Of a stretch of 64,000 bases of DNA, positions 9,612-18,703 are shown in pieces. The position numbers were made by a program, and so were the translations under genes. Origin of the DNA: Candidatus Pacearchaeota archaeon (GTDB taxonomy: Archaea; Nanobdellota; Nanobdellia; UBA10117; JABICX01); assembly GCA_017608025.1 (NCBI GenBank), contig JAFCGM010000005.1:984-64983 (forward strand). The letters run 5' to 3'. The notes beneath the pieces are model-generated. The model worked only from the letters and a program-made list of their open reading frames with translations, did no database searches and was not told the origin of the DNA. Each line of letters starts with the position of its first letter. Position 1 is the first letter of the stretch.

Positions 9612-11807
9612 ATGGCAGTTGACAAAAAAACTGAAGAAGTATTGAAATTAATGAAGATGCCTGACGTAATCCGGAACATCGGAATTTGCGCTCACATTGA
9701 TCATGGTAAAACAACTCTTTCTGACAATCTTTTGGCTGGAGCTGGAATGATTTCAGAGGAGCTTTCTGGCAAGCAGAGAGCTATGGATTTCCTTGAGGAA
9801 GAGCAGCAAAGAGGAATCACAATCCAGACAGCTAATATTTCAATGGTTCACACAGTTAATGATAAAAAATACCTTATCAATCTATTAGACACACCAGGAC
9901 ATGTTGACTTTGGAGGAGATGTAACCAGAGCTATGAGAGCTGTAGATGGCGCAATTGTAGTTGCTTGCGCAGTTGAAGGAGTAATGCCTCAAACTGAAAC
10001 AGTTCTAAGACAAGCACTAAAAGAAAGAGTAAAACCAGTTCTTTTCATTAACAAAGTTGACAGGTTGATTTCTGAAGTAAAACTTACACCTGAGGAAATG
10101 CAAAAGAAATTTGTTAAAATCATAACAGATGTAAACAAAATAATCACTTCTGTAGCACCGCCAGAATTCAAGGACAAGTGGACTGTGTCTGTAAATGAAG
10201 GAACAGTTGCATTTGGTTCAGCATACCATAACTGGGGTCTGAGTGTAAATATGATGAAGAAAAACAATGTTTCCTTCAAGGATGTTATTGATGCTTATGC
10301 CAATGATAAACGTGAAGAACTTAGAAAGAAAGCAGCCCTACATGAAGCAGTTCTTGACATGGTTGCAAAGCATCTTCCAAGCCCAGTTCAGGCTCAGGAA
10401 TACAGAATTCCGCGTTTGTGGCAGGGAGATCCAGAATCTCCTCTTGGAAAAAAGCTAAGAAGCTGCAACTCATCTGGACCGCTCGTTTTTATAATCACAA
10501 AAATGATGGTTGACCCTCAGGCAGGGGAAATTGCATTTGGCAGAGTTTTCTCAGGAACACTTAAACGAGGAGAGGAAATTTATCTATCCTTGGCAAAACT
10601 TTCAACAAGAATTCAGCAGGTTGCTCTTTCAAAAGGAGCAAAGAGAATTATTGTTGACGAAGTTCCAGCAGGAAATGTAGCTCAGATTGTCGGACTCAAA
10701 GCAGGAAAATCTGGCGAGACTGTTTCCACAGACAAGGATGTACCTCCTTTTGAATCCATCAAGCACCTTTTTGACCCTGTTGTTACAAAGGCAATTGAGG
10801 CAAAGAACCCGCAGGACTTAGGAAAGCTCACTGAAGCCCTCAAGCAGATGGAGAAAGAGGATCCGACAATAAAAGTTACAATTAATGAAGAGACCGGAGA
10901 AAACCTTATTGCAGGGTTAGGAGAACTTCATCTTGAAATCAAGGAGCATATGATACAAAAAGATAAGGGAATTGATATTGTAACCTCAGAACCGATTGTC
11001 GTTTACAGGGAAACAATTGAAAAGCCGTCTGAAATACAAATGGGAAAATCCCCGAACAAGCACAATAAGTTATTTGTTAAGGTTGAGCCAGTCCCAAACG
11101 AAATCCAGCACGCAATAAAAAACGACAAGATTCCTGAAGCAAGAGTAAAGAAAAACAACCAGAAAGAAATTGTTGAAGCTCTTGTTGAGCACGGATTTGA
11201 CAGGAAAGAGGCAAAGTCAGTAAAGGACATATATAAAGGATGTATTTTTGTTGACGGAACTTCTGGAATTGTTCACATTCAGGAAATCATGGAAATGGTG
11301 CTTGACGCATTTGAAGAAGTCATTGACGCAGGACCACTTGCAGCAGAACCTGGAATCAACTTAAAAGTAACACTTGTTGATGCAAAACTCCATGAAGACT
11401 CAATTCACAGAGGTCCAGCTCAAATTATACCTGCAATGAGACAAGCAATTCACAATTGTTTACTTACAGCAGGAGATGTTCTTTTTGAGCCAAAGCAGAC
11501 AATTAGAATTGATGCCCCACTTGACTATCTTGGAGCAATTTCAAAATTAATTCAGGCAAGACGAGGACAGCTTTTGGACACAGAGCAGGACGAGCATTCA
11601 ATGACAATTAAGGCAAAACTTCCAGTAGCTGAAATGATTGGCTTCACATCAAGCCTTCGTTCAGCAACAGAAGGACGCGGAGCATGGTTCCTTGTTGACC
11701 AGTCTTATGAAAAGCTTCCAGCTGATTTGCAAAAGCAAACAGTAATGAGAATTAGAAAAAGAAAGGGAATGAAAGAGGAAATCCCTCAACCTGTCTTCGC
11801 CGAATAA
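9612..11807 (+). CDS. fusA: Translation elongation factor aEF-2
   Basis: AHIDHGKTT, RGITI, DTPGHVDF, NKVD; diphthamide loop HEDSIHRG. Confidence 0.98.
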   Translation: MAVDKKTEEVLKLMKMPDVIRNIGICAHIDHGKTTLSDNLLAGAGMISEELSGKQRAMDFLEEEQQRGITIQTANISMVHTVNDKKYLINLLDTPGHVDFGGDVTRAMRAVDGAIVVACAVEGVMPQTETVLRQALKERVKPVLFINKVDRLISEVKLTPEEMQKKFVKIITDVNKIITSVAPPEFKDKWTVSVNEGTVAFGSAYHNWGLSVNMMKKNNVSFKDVIDAYANDKREELRKKAALHEAVLDMVAKHLPSPVQAQEYRIPRLWQGDPESPLGKKLRSCNSSGPLVFIITKMMVDPQAGEIAFGRVFSGTLKRGEEIYLSLAKLSTRIQQVALSKGAKRIIVDEVPAGNVAQIVGLKAGKSGETVSTDKDVPPFESIKHLFDPVVTKAIEAKNPQDLGKLTEALKQMEKEDPTIKVTINEETGENLIAGLGELHLEIKEHMIQKDKGIDIVTSEPIVVYRETIEKPSEIQMGKSPNKHNKLFVKVEPVPNEIQHAIKNDKIPEARVKKNNQKEIVEALVEHGFDRKEAKSVKDIYKGCIFVDGTSGIVHIQEIMEMVLDAFEEVIDAGPLAAEPGINLKVTLVDAKLHEDSIHRGPAQIIPAMRQAIHNCLLTAGDVLFEPKQTIRIDAPLDYLGAISKLIQARRGQLLDTEQDEHSMTIKAKLPVAEMIGFTSSLRSATEGRGAWFLVDQSYEKLPADLQKQTVMRIRKRKGMKEEIPQPVFAE

Positions 11808-11889
11808 TCTCTTTTTTTTATTTTAGTTTTCTTTTTAGTATGGGTTTTTTTCTAAAAGAAAAAAGCATCAACCTGTTTTTGCAGAGTAA
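11787..11889 (+). repeat. EF-2 tail, hairpin module, then a synonymously recoded copy of the tail
   Basis: 11787-11807 CAA CCT GTC TTC GCC GAA TAA versus 11869-11889 CAA CCT GTT TTT GCA GAG TAA (both QPVFAE*). The copy is preceded by GGTTTTTTTCTAAAAGAAAAAAGC. Confidence 0.8.
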
Positions 11890-11949
11890 TTTTTCCTCAT
11901 TTTTTATTTAGATACTCTTTTATATTCTGATTAATATGTTTAACCAGTA

Positions 11950-13035
11950 ATGGATATGAAGAAAGTTAATATTATCTTGATTTCAACCTTTGCAATTTTA
12001 ATAATTCTTTTTTCTGCACCGCACATAATAGGAAATTTAATAACAAGTACAGGCTCAGAACAGGTGTTAGAGGAAGTTAATGTTATTTTCCAGAACTCAA
12101 CAACCCTTGAAATAATGCCAAATGTTTCTGCAGATGAATACCTCTCTTCAGTAAAAGTTTCTGGAGAATATTCTGGAGAAGGCGAGCTGAAAATTTATCT
12201 TCTTGATAAGAATAACAAGTATATCCTTTACGACAACACAGCAAAAAAGCCATCAGCATTGACTGGATTCTTTGCTTACACTGGCCTTGCAAAAGAAGAC
12301 AAAGAAGAAAAGCAAGACCAGCAGAAAAAGAAACAAGAAGAAAAGCAAGACCAGCAGAAAAAGAAACAAAAAGAAACTGAAGCTGAAGCAGAAGAACCAG
12401 AAACACTAGCAGAACAACCTGAAACAGAGGAAGAGCAAACCGAAGCCGAGCAAGAAGAAGCTGAGGAACAAGAACAAAAAGAATTAGAAAAGCAACCTGA
12501 AACTGAAGAGCAGGAATCTCCAGAAGAGCCAGAACAAACCTCAGAGCCAGAACCAGAAAACCAAACACAGCCAGAAGAGCAATCTCCAGCGCAAGAAACA
12601 AATGAAACAGCAGAAGAGCAGGAAGTAATTCCTAAAAATGAAACACAATCAGAAGCCCCAGAGACAAACCAGACATCTGAAGAAACAGGGTCAGAAAACC
12701 AAACAATTGCAGAGCCAGAACCAGAAAACCAAACAGAAGAAGCACCGCAGGAAACCCAGCAAACAGCAACATCAAGCGCATCATCTTCTAGCTCATCGTA
12801 CTCTCCCGCAGTTGAAATCCCTGAAGAGCCAGAACAAACACAGAAAACCTCTTTATCAAGCCCAACAGTTGAGATTCCAGAAGAGGAGTTTGAAAACAAG
12901 TTTGAGAATGAATGCGGAGAAGCATGCCAGCTCGAGCTTGAGCCAGGAACATACAAAATAGTTATAGTTACAGAGCAGGGCAGAGTAAAAGGAATTCTTT
13001 CAAAAATTATTTTTGAAATAAGAAAAAGAACTTAA
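11950..13035 (+). CDS. Membrane-anchored/exported acidic low-complexity surface protein
   Basis: N-terminal TM/signal, long E/Q/P/T-rich linker with multiple N-x-T sequons, CGEAC near the C-terminus. Confidence 0.75.
   Translation: MDMKKVNIILISTFAILIILFSAPHIIGNLITSTGSEQVLEEVNVIFQNSTTLEIMPNVSADEYLSSVKVSGEYSGEGELKIYLLDKNNKYILYDNTAKKPSALTGFFAYTGLAKEDKEEKQDQQKKKQEEKQDQQKKKQKETEAEAEEPETLAEQPETEEEQTEAEQEEAEEQEQKELEKQPETEEQESPEEPEQTSEPEPENQTQPEEQSPAQETNETAEEQEVIPKNETQSEAPETNQTSEETGSENQTIAEPEPENQTEEAPQETQQTATSSASSSSSSYSPAVEIPEEPEQTQKTSLSSPTVEIPEEEFENKFENECGEACQLELEPGTYKIVIVTEQGRVKGILSKIIFEIRKRT
12302..12367 (+). repeat. 33-bp in-frame tandem repeat (2 copies)
   Basis: AAGAAGAAAAGCAAGACCAGCAGAAAAAGAAAC twice. 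Confidence 0.9.
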
Positions 13036-13104
13036 TTGTTACTGCTAAATAGAAACATTTATAAACAAATTTCTATATTCTAGACTCTATAATAAGAGCT
13101 TAAA

Positions 13105-13581
13105 ATGGAAACACCACATAAATCAGATTTGCTTTGGGCAATTAAGGAAATTCACAAAGCAGAATCTTCTTTTGATTTGGAAGAAGAAAACCGACATTAC
13201 AATTCAGCAAGAACAAGATTAAATAATGCTTTGAGGCATGATACAAATTTCTTGCCAGCCCAAATTCTTTATGAAAGGTCAACTCAGAGCTCCAATTTAA
13301 GAATCAATCAGATTCATAAAATTCTTAGAAATTTCCCAGGCTCAAAAATAAGGAACGCAATTCTTTATTTGGACATTGCAAAAGTATATGCGAAAAAATA
13401 CTGGAAAGAAAATGATGTTAATGAAAAAAGCCCAAACAGATTAAAAGTAATTGAATATGTAAAAAAAGCAACTGACGAAACACCACATAATTCGCAAGTA
13501 ATTGAAGAAGCATTTTATTTCTTTGATACTCTTGGTGCATACAAAGAAGCAAAAGCACTTGAAGAAAAATTATTAAAATGA
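13105..13581 (+). CDS. Hypothetical helical (TPR-like) protein
   Basis: 158-aa ORF with TPR-like spacing of small/aromatic residues. Confidence 0.55.
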   Translation: METPHKSDLLWAIKEIHKAESSFDLEEENRHYNSARTRLNNALRHDTNFLPAQILYERSTQSSNLRINQIHKILRNFPGSKIRNAILYLDIAKVYAKKYWKENDVNEKSPNRLKVIEYVKKATDETPHNSQVIEEAFYFFDTLGAYKEAKALEEKLLK

Positions 13582-13910
13582 TGTCTTTGGAAGAAAAACA
13601 AGCACAATTAAAGCAGGCAAGAAACCTAATCTTAAAAAACACCAGAGAATCACTTGAAAAAGCTCTTGATATTTATGTTCATCTTCTTAATAATAACATG
13701 AAAAGCCCTGTGCTTCATGCAGCAATTGCAAGAATATATTTAAGTTTAGGTGAGCCCTTAATGGCAAACATTTATGCTGGCGAGGCTGTTGCTTTTGATA
13801 GGAGAAACCCTGAAATGTATTATCTTGAAGCACAAACTTTTGATGCTTTAGGAAAATACGACCTGTCTGCAAAATGCAGAAGAATAGCAATGGAATTGAA
13901 AAATGAATAA
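13578..13910 (+). CDS. TPR-repeat protein
   Basis: AAIARIYLSLG...AVAFDRRNPEMYYLEAQTFDALGKY. Confidence 0.7.
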   Translation: MMSLEEKQAQLKQARNLILKNTRESLEKALDIYVHLLNNNMKSPVLHAAIARIYLSLGEPLMANIYAGEAVAFDRRNPEMYYLEAQTFDALGKYDLSAKCRRIAMELKNE

Positions 13911-14364
13911 ACAGAAAAGATTGCTTCTTTTTGATTTGGATGGAAACTTCTCCCCAGTTGAGGACCTCCTCTTTGGTGGATTTCCTAAAGAATATATAAT
14001 GAAATGCGATTCTCTTACAAATCTCAAGAAAATTGCAACAAATAAGAAAATGCAGAAAAACCTCGAAATTCCTGTAGTGATTTATGAACTTGACATTCCT
14101 TATTTTGAACAAAACCCTTTTATATTTAATGAAATAAAATCAAGCAGAAATAAAATCAGAGAAATTTATTCTCCAGAAGAATTCTATGTAACTGACCTTA
14201 AAATAATAGACATATCTAAAATAAAAACTCTTGCAGATATTGGTGCAATTGACTTCCCAGATTCAGGAAATCTCCTTCCGCGCAATTTTGATGCGAACGA
14301 GCACGATTTTTACAAAATTTTTGGAAAAAATCTCTTAAAGACCATTTTCAGCTCAAAAGAGTAA
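13903..14364 (+). CDS. Hypothetical protein
   Basis: 153-aa ORF overlapping the upstream stop. Confidence 0.55.
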   Translation: MNKQKRLLLFDLDGNFSPVEDLLFGGFPKEYIMKCDSLTNLKKIATNKKMQKNLEIPVVIYELDIPYFEQNPFIFNEIKSSRNKIREIYSPEEFYVTDLKIIDISKIKTLADIGAIDFPDSGNLLPRNFDANEHDFYKIFGKNLLKTIFSSKE

Positions 14365-14424
14365 GATTTATAAAGACCTTTTTTTAACTGAATATCACTA
14401 ATATAATACTAAAGAGGGTAAAAA

Positions 14425-15693
14425 ATGGCATCAAAAGAGCACATAAACCTTGTTTTTATCGGTCACGTAGACCATGGTAAAAGTACCACAGTAGGAAGAT
14501 TGCTCTACGACACAGGAGCAATAGACGATCAGACACTAAAAAAGCTTAAAGAGAAAGCGCAAGAGCTTGGAAAAGTCGGTTTCGAGTTTGCTTTCGTTAT
14601 GGACAGAGTAAAAGAAGAGCAAGAGAGGGGAGTTACAATTGATCTTGCTTACAAAAAATTCGAGACTCAGAAGCACGTATTTACAATCATTGATGCTCCT
14701 GGACACAGAGACTTCATCAAGAACATGATTACAGGAACATCCCAGGCAGATGCTGCTGTTCTTGTAGTTGCTGCAAATGATGGAGTTATGGAGCAGACAA
14801 AAGAGCATGCTTTCTTAGCTAAGACACTCGGAGTTCCGCAAATTATAATTGCAGTAAACAAGATGGATATTGTCAATTATGATGAGTCTAAATTCAATGC
14901 TGCAAAAGAGCAAGTTGGAAAGCTTCTTTCAGGAATCGGATACAAAATCGATGAAGTTCCTTTTGTTCCTATTTCAGCTTTGAAAGGAGACAATATAGCT
15001 AAGAAAACAGAGCAAATGTCTTGGTATAAGGGAAAAACCCTTCTTGACACAATTGATGACCTTAAGGCTGGAGAAAAGCCAACAGATCTTCCACTTAGAA
15101 TGCCAATTCAGGATGTATATACAATTACTGGTATTGGAGCAGTTCCAGTTGGAAGAGTTGAAACAGGAAAAATGAAAGTTGGCCAGAAAGTTATTGTAAT
15201 GCCTTCTGGAAAGACAGGAGAACTTAAATCCATTGAAATGCATCACGAGCAGATGCAGGAAGCAACTCCTGGTGACAATGTCGGAATTAACATTCGGGGC
15301 ATTGGAAAAGAAGACTTGAAAAGAGGAGATGTACTTGGCGAAGCTTCAAATCCACCAACAGTAGTTAAGGAGTTCACTGCAAGAATTATTGTATTGAACC
15401 ACCCAACTGTTTTGACTGTTGGATACACACCTGTTTTTCACATAAACACTTCTCAAGTTTCCTGCAAAGTTAAGGAAATCAAGAGAAAGCTTGACCCAAA
15501 AACAGGACAGACTGTTGCAGAGCACCCAGATTTCTTGAAGAACGGAGATGCTGCAGAAGTTGTAATTGAGCCAACAAGGCCAATTGTAATTGAAAAGCAG
15601 TCTGACATTCCGCAGCTTTCCAAATTCGCTATTCGGGATATGGGAAGAACAGTTGCAGCTGGAATGTGCATCGACCTAGTAAAGAAGGCTTAA
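14425..15693 (+). CDS. tuf: Translation elongation factor aEF-1A
   Basis: [40 protein letters not shown]; SD GAGG. Confidence 0.98.
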   Translation: MASKEHINLVFIGHVDHGKSTTVGRLLYDTGAIDDQTLKKLKEKAQELGKVGFEFAFVMDRVKEEQERGVTIDLAYKKFETQKHVFTIIDAPGHRDFIKNMITGTSQADAAVLVVAANDGVMEQTKEHAFLAKTLGVPQIIIAVNKMDIVNYDESKFNAAKEQVGKLLSGIGYKIDEVPFVPISALKGDNIAKKTEQMSWYKGKTLLDTIDDLKAGEKPTDLPLRMPIQDVYTITGIGAVPVGRVETGKMKVGQKVIVMPSGKTGELKSIEMHHEQMQEATPGDNVGINIRGIGKEDLKRGDVLGEASNPPTVVKEFTARIIVLNHPTVLTVGYTPVFHINTSQVSCKVKEIKRKLDPKTGQTVAEHPDFLKNGDAAEVVIEPTRPIVIEKQSDIPQLSKFAIRDMGRTVAAGMCIDLVKKA

Positions 15694-15715
15694 GCCTTCT
15701 TTTAATTTATTTTTA
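15681..15715 (+). terminator. Palindrome plus T-rich tract at the tuf stop
   Basis: AAAGAAGGCTTAAGCCTTCTTT is a perfect palindrome, followed by T-rich sequence. Confidence 0.5.
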
Positions 15716-15717
15716 TT

Positions 15718-15987
15718 ATGATATCTAATTTTTCTGAGAAAGAAGATAAAGAACAGTGTATTGAGATTATTAAGATATATAAGCAGTTTGGATGCCTTAA
15801 TACACCTTTTTATTCTAAAGAATTGAAGATAGAGACTTTGGTTGATAAAGAAAAAAGAGTTGTTAAAGGATTTATAAGTACAATTGAAAATTCTATTGAA
15901 GCATTATTTGTTCATCCTGATTTTGTAAGACAAGGAATTGGTACTATTAAAAATGATTTTCCGCGAGTTAGACAAAGCCAATATTGA
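15718..15987 (+). pseudogene. Truncated GNAT acetyltransferase
   Basis: Similarity ends right after motif A (LFVHPDFVRQGIGT); the ORF then overlaps the next GNAT gene. Confidence 0.6.
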
Positions 15988-16363
15988 TGAAATATTTTCA
16001 TGTATTTCTTTAAGTAATGAAACTCAAGGTCTTTTTCCTTCAAACAGGATCACCCCTAAAGAAATAGAAGCTTTCAGAAAACCAGAAGTGAATACAATCA
16101 TATGTGAAAAAAACAATGAAATACTTGGATACGGAACTCTTTGCGGAACATATATAAGTGACTTGTATGTTTATCCAACAATGCAGAGAAAAGGGATTGG
16201 AACAAAAATCCTTTCAAAACTTGAAGAAATAGCAAAAGAATCTGGCAAAAACCAGATAAAACTGATCGCTGTTCGCGGCTCAGAGACTTTCTATCAAAAG
16301 CAAGGATATGAAATATTTAAAGATTCTTCAGGAGATTCAATCGCTGCTAAATTTTTAGAATAG
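15953..16363 (+). CDS. GNAT family N-acetyltransferase
   Basis: LYVYPTMQRKGIGTKIL...FYQKQGY. Confidence 0.88.
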   Translation: MIFRELDKANIDEIFSCISLSNETQGLFPSNRITPKEIEAFRKPEVNTIICEKNNEILGYGTLCGTYISDLYVYPTMQRKGIGTKILSKLEEIAKESGKNQIKLIAVRGSETFYQKQGYEIFKDSSGDSIAAKFLE

Positions 16364-16483
16364 TTGCTCAAAAACCGCACTCTTTACCTTGCTTTCCAAG
16401 AAATATTTGAAAAAACAAGCACACTTTGTTTATTAAATTCTTAACATAAACTTTATAAACTCAAATAATAACAAATACCTATC

Positions 16484-16792
16484 ATGCCAAAAGCGCGAAT
16501 AAAGCTATACAGCACAGAACTTGACAAGCTGAACAATGTTTGCTCAGAAATAACAGACATAGCTAAGCAGACAAAGGTCAAATACTCCGGACCTGTAACT
16601 CTGCCAACAAAAATATTGAAACTGGCAGTAAGAAGATCTCCAGATGGAGAAGGTTCTGAAACATATGAACGCTGGGAAAAAAGAATTCACAAGCGTTTAA
16701 TTGACCTTGAAGCAGATGAACGCGCACTTCATCTTGTTATGAGAGTTTCAATTCCACAAGACGTAAACATTGAAATCCAAGTTATAGAATGA
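16484..16792 (+). CDS. rps10: 30S ribosomal protein uS10
   Basis: SGPVTLPT, RRSPDGEGSETYERWE, IHKRLID. Confidence 0.97.
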   Translation: MPKARIKLYSTELDKLNNVCSEITDIAKQTKVKYSGPVTLPTKILKLAVRRSPDGEGSETYERWEKRIHKRLIDLEADERALHLVMRVSIPQDVNIEIQVIE

Positions 16793-17073
16793 TGAAACTA
16801 AATCGCGGCGATGTTTTAATTTTAAATTCAAGATATTATGTTTATATTAAACAAGATCCAGAATGCAATGATATTTCTGTTCTTTTAGAACTTTCTGATG
16901 AAAGACGGGAAATCTATAAGATTATTGATAAATCTTCTGAAAAAATTACAACTTTGGATATTTCTTTATTTTCAGACAAAGAAATAAAAACATTTGATTT
17001 GAAAACTCTTTCTTTTGTAGAGTCTAGAATTAGGGATTTTTATAGAAATTATCCAATAGTACACTCACACTAA
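16789..17073 (+). CDS. Hypothetical protein
   Basis: 94-aa ORF coupled to rps10 (ATGA overlap). Confidence 0.5.
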   Translation: MMKLNRGDVLILNSRYYVYIKQDPECNDISVLLELSDERREIYKIIDKSSEKITTLDISLFSDKEIKTFDLKTLSFVESRIRDFYRNYPIVHSH

Positions 17074-17120
17074 AACATATACCAAAACTTTTTAAACTGA
17101 ATTTACTCATAATTCTTATA

Positions 17121-17200
17121 TGCGTTCGTAGCTCACGGCCCAAAACTGAGCCGGCGAGCTGATTACGCATGCTCTTCGAGTAGTGTAATGGAATGTGGTT
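17121..17200 (+). repeat. Copy of the tRNA-Thr 5' end followed by structured sequence
   Basis: TGCGTTCGTAGCTCA at 17121-17135 equals 17201-17215. Between them lie hairpins CGGC...GCCG and ATTACGC-ATGCTC-TTC-GAGTA-GTGTAAT. Confidence 0.8.
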
Positions 17201-17201
17201 T

Positions 17202-17347
17202 GCGTTCGTAGCTCAGTCTGGTAGAGCGATGGTCTTGTAATGAATTCCTTTCAAAAAGGTCTTCACCCTAAGTCTGGCGGAAAACCGATGATTCTGAAAG
17301 GAAAACTGGAAAACCATAGGTCGAGGGTTCGATTCCCTCCGAGCGCT
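17202..17347 (+). tRNA. tRNA-Thr(TGT) with a 72-nt intron at 37/38 (17240-17311)
   Basis: Acceptor GCGTTCG/CGAGCGC, anticodon stem ATGGT/ACCAT, loop CT-TGT-A|A, T-loop TTCGATT; relaxed BHB. Confidence 0.88.
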
Positions 17348-17549
17348 GCCTTTTAGAAAAAGGCAAGTTGCCAAAAATTCTCGCTTCGCTCGAAAACGGT
17401 TTTGCAGAAGCTTTTTTTAAAAGCTTCAGTCGAGCGGATGATTCCCTCCGAGCGCTGCCTTTTAGAAAAACTAAAGTTCTTCTTTCATGAACATTTCTTT
17501 TTAAGAAAGGTTCTGCAAGTTGCCAAAAATTCTCACTTCGTTCGAAAAT
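17331..17549 (+). repeat. tRNA-Thr tail duplication with hairpin modules
   Basis: 31-bp GATTCCCTCCGAGCGCTGCCTTTTAGAAAAA at 17331 and 17440; GCAAGTTGCCAAAAATTCTCrCTTCGyTCGAAAA at 17363 and 17516. Confidence 0.9.
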
Positions 17550-17688
17550 TCGTTTTCTCTTTAGCTAACTTACTCTCTCATAATTTTAAACTCCAAAACA
17601 AAATTAACATCCCATCTCAACCCAGACAATTCATTTGAAAAAATAGATTCTGAAAACACTTAAAAGTTTATTCTTTTTAAGTAGCAAT

Positions 17689-18672
17689 ATGGAACAGCCA
17701 ATTGTAATAAACACACCATTGCCTTTGAAGATAGCAGACACTGTTGGCTCGGAAAATTTATTTAAAGGCATTTATTTAATTGAAAAAACCGGCAAAAATC
17801 TCTTGCAAAAAAGCCCCACTTACCTCAATCTTCACCCTTCTCTCTGGAACTCAGGACAAAACCAGATTGTTCTTTCAGAACATCTTATCCATTCTTGCGC
17901 AGTTGAAGATGAAGTTTTCACAGCTCAGCAGGTTTATGAAGTTCATGATTTTGAAGACGAGCTCAAGATGATTGCGCCCAGAATGAGATGCACTGCTTGT
18001 GATTCGGTCTATAAAAACCCTTCAGACCTTTGTGAGGGATTTTTTATTGTAGATGATGGGAAAATGAAGGAGCTTACTCCAAGCAAAGCATCAGAGCTTG
18101 AATGGCTCTGCGTAGGAAACAACAACACATTCCTTAGCGAATTCCTCACGGAAACTCTTTTTTCAATGCCTGAACTCACTGATTATTTTGTCTCAGAAAA
18201 CTATATTGACACAATAATGTCTGAAAAGCACTCTGAACAATTTATGAAATACCTTGTTCCTTTAGGCTATGTTCAGAAAATCCAAGGCGATTTTATGCCA
18301 ATAACCCACTCACACAAAGTCAATGCCTACAGGCTGACGCAAGAAGGATATGAGAGATTGGAAATCCTTGAAAAAGAAGCTCACAAAATCGGAATTGCAA
18401 ACCTTGCCAAGAGCTTTGTTAAGGAAAGAGCAAGAAAAATCGAAAACTGTGTCCTGGAAAACAAACTGCAAGAAGGCTACATAAAAAACTCAATTATTTT
18501 CAAAGGAAATGAATATGAAAAAGAAAAAATCCCTTTAATCCACTTTGTTCAGCCAGATATGGAAAAATCTTGGAAATATGATAAAGAATTCTACTGGACA
18601 AAAAAGCCTCTGGCAAATAAAGCAGAATCCCGGCCACTGACTTGGGATGAAATAGACAAAATTTCCTTCTAG
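17689..18672 (+). CDS. Hypothetical protein with CxxC and a possible internal winged-helix segment
   Basis: 327-aa ORF; RCTACD; LVPLGYV...YRLTQEG. Confidence 0.65.
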   Translation: MEQPIVINTPLPLKIADTVGSENLFKGIYLIEKTGKNLLQKSPTYLNLHPSLWNSGQNQIVLSEHLIHSCAVEDEVFTAQQVYEVHDFEDELKMIAPRMRCTACDSVYKNPSDLCEGFFIVDDGKMKELTPSKASELEWLCVGNNNTFLSEFLTETLFSMPELTDYFVSENYIDTIMSEKHSEQFMKYLVPLGYVQKIQGDFMPITHSHKVNAYRLTQEGYERLEILEKEAHKIGIANLAKSFVKERARKIENCVLENKLQEGYIKNSIIFKGNEYEKEKIPLIHFVQPDMEKSWKYDKEFYWTKKPLANKAESRPLTWDEIDKISF

Positions 18673-18703
18673 CAAAAGTTATTTAATATTCTGGAGCATA
18701 TAG

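Noticed and set aside
12083-12956. Long antisense ORFs (172 and 226 aa)
   Set aside because: Shadows of the low-complexity GAA/CAA-rich sense gene. The other antisense ORFs inside housekeeping genes are rejected for the same reason.
17102-17129. Second dif-like site upstream of tRNA-Thr
   Set aside because: One arm matches (reverse complement TTATGAGTAAA) but the other arm is out of register; may be chance.
17121-17200. Split or permuted tRNA half
   Set aside because: Only 15 nt match and the complete tRNA-Thr follows; no complementary trans-splicing partner is seen.
17240-17311. C/D-box guide RNA inside the tRNA-Thr intron (CGATGA, CTGA)
   Set aside because: The boxes are only 2 nt apart and there is no proper terminal C box or guide region.
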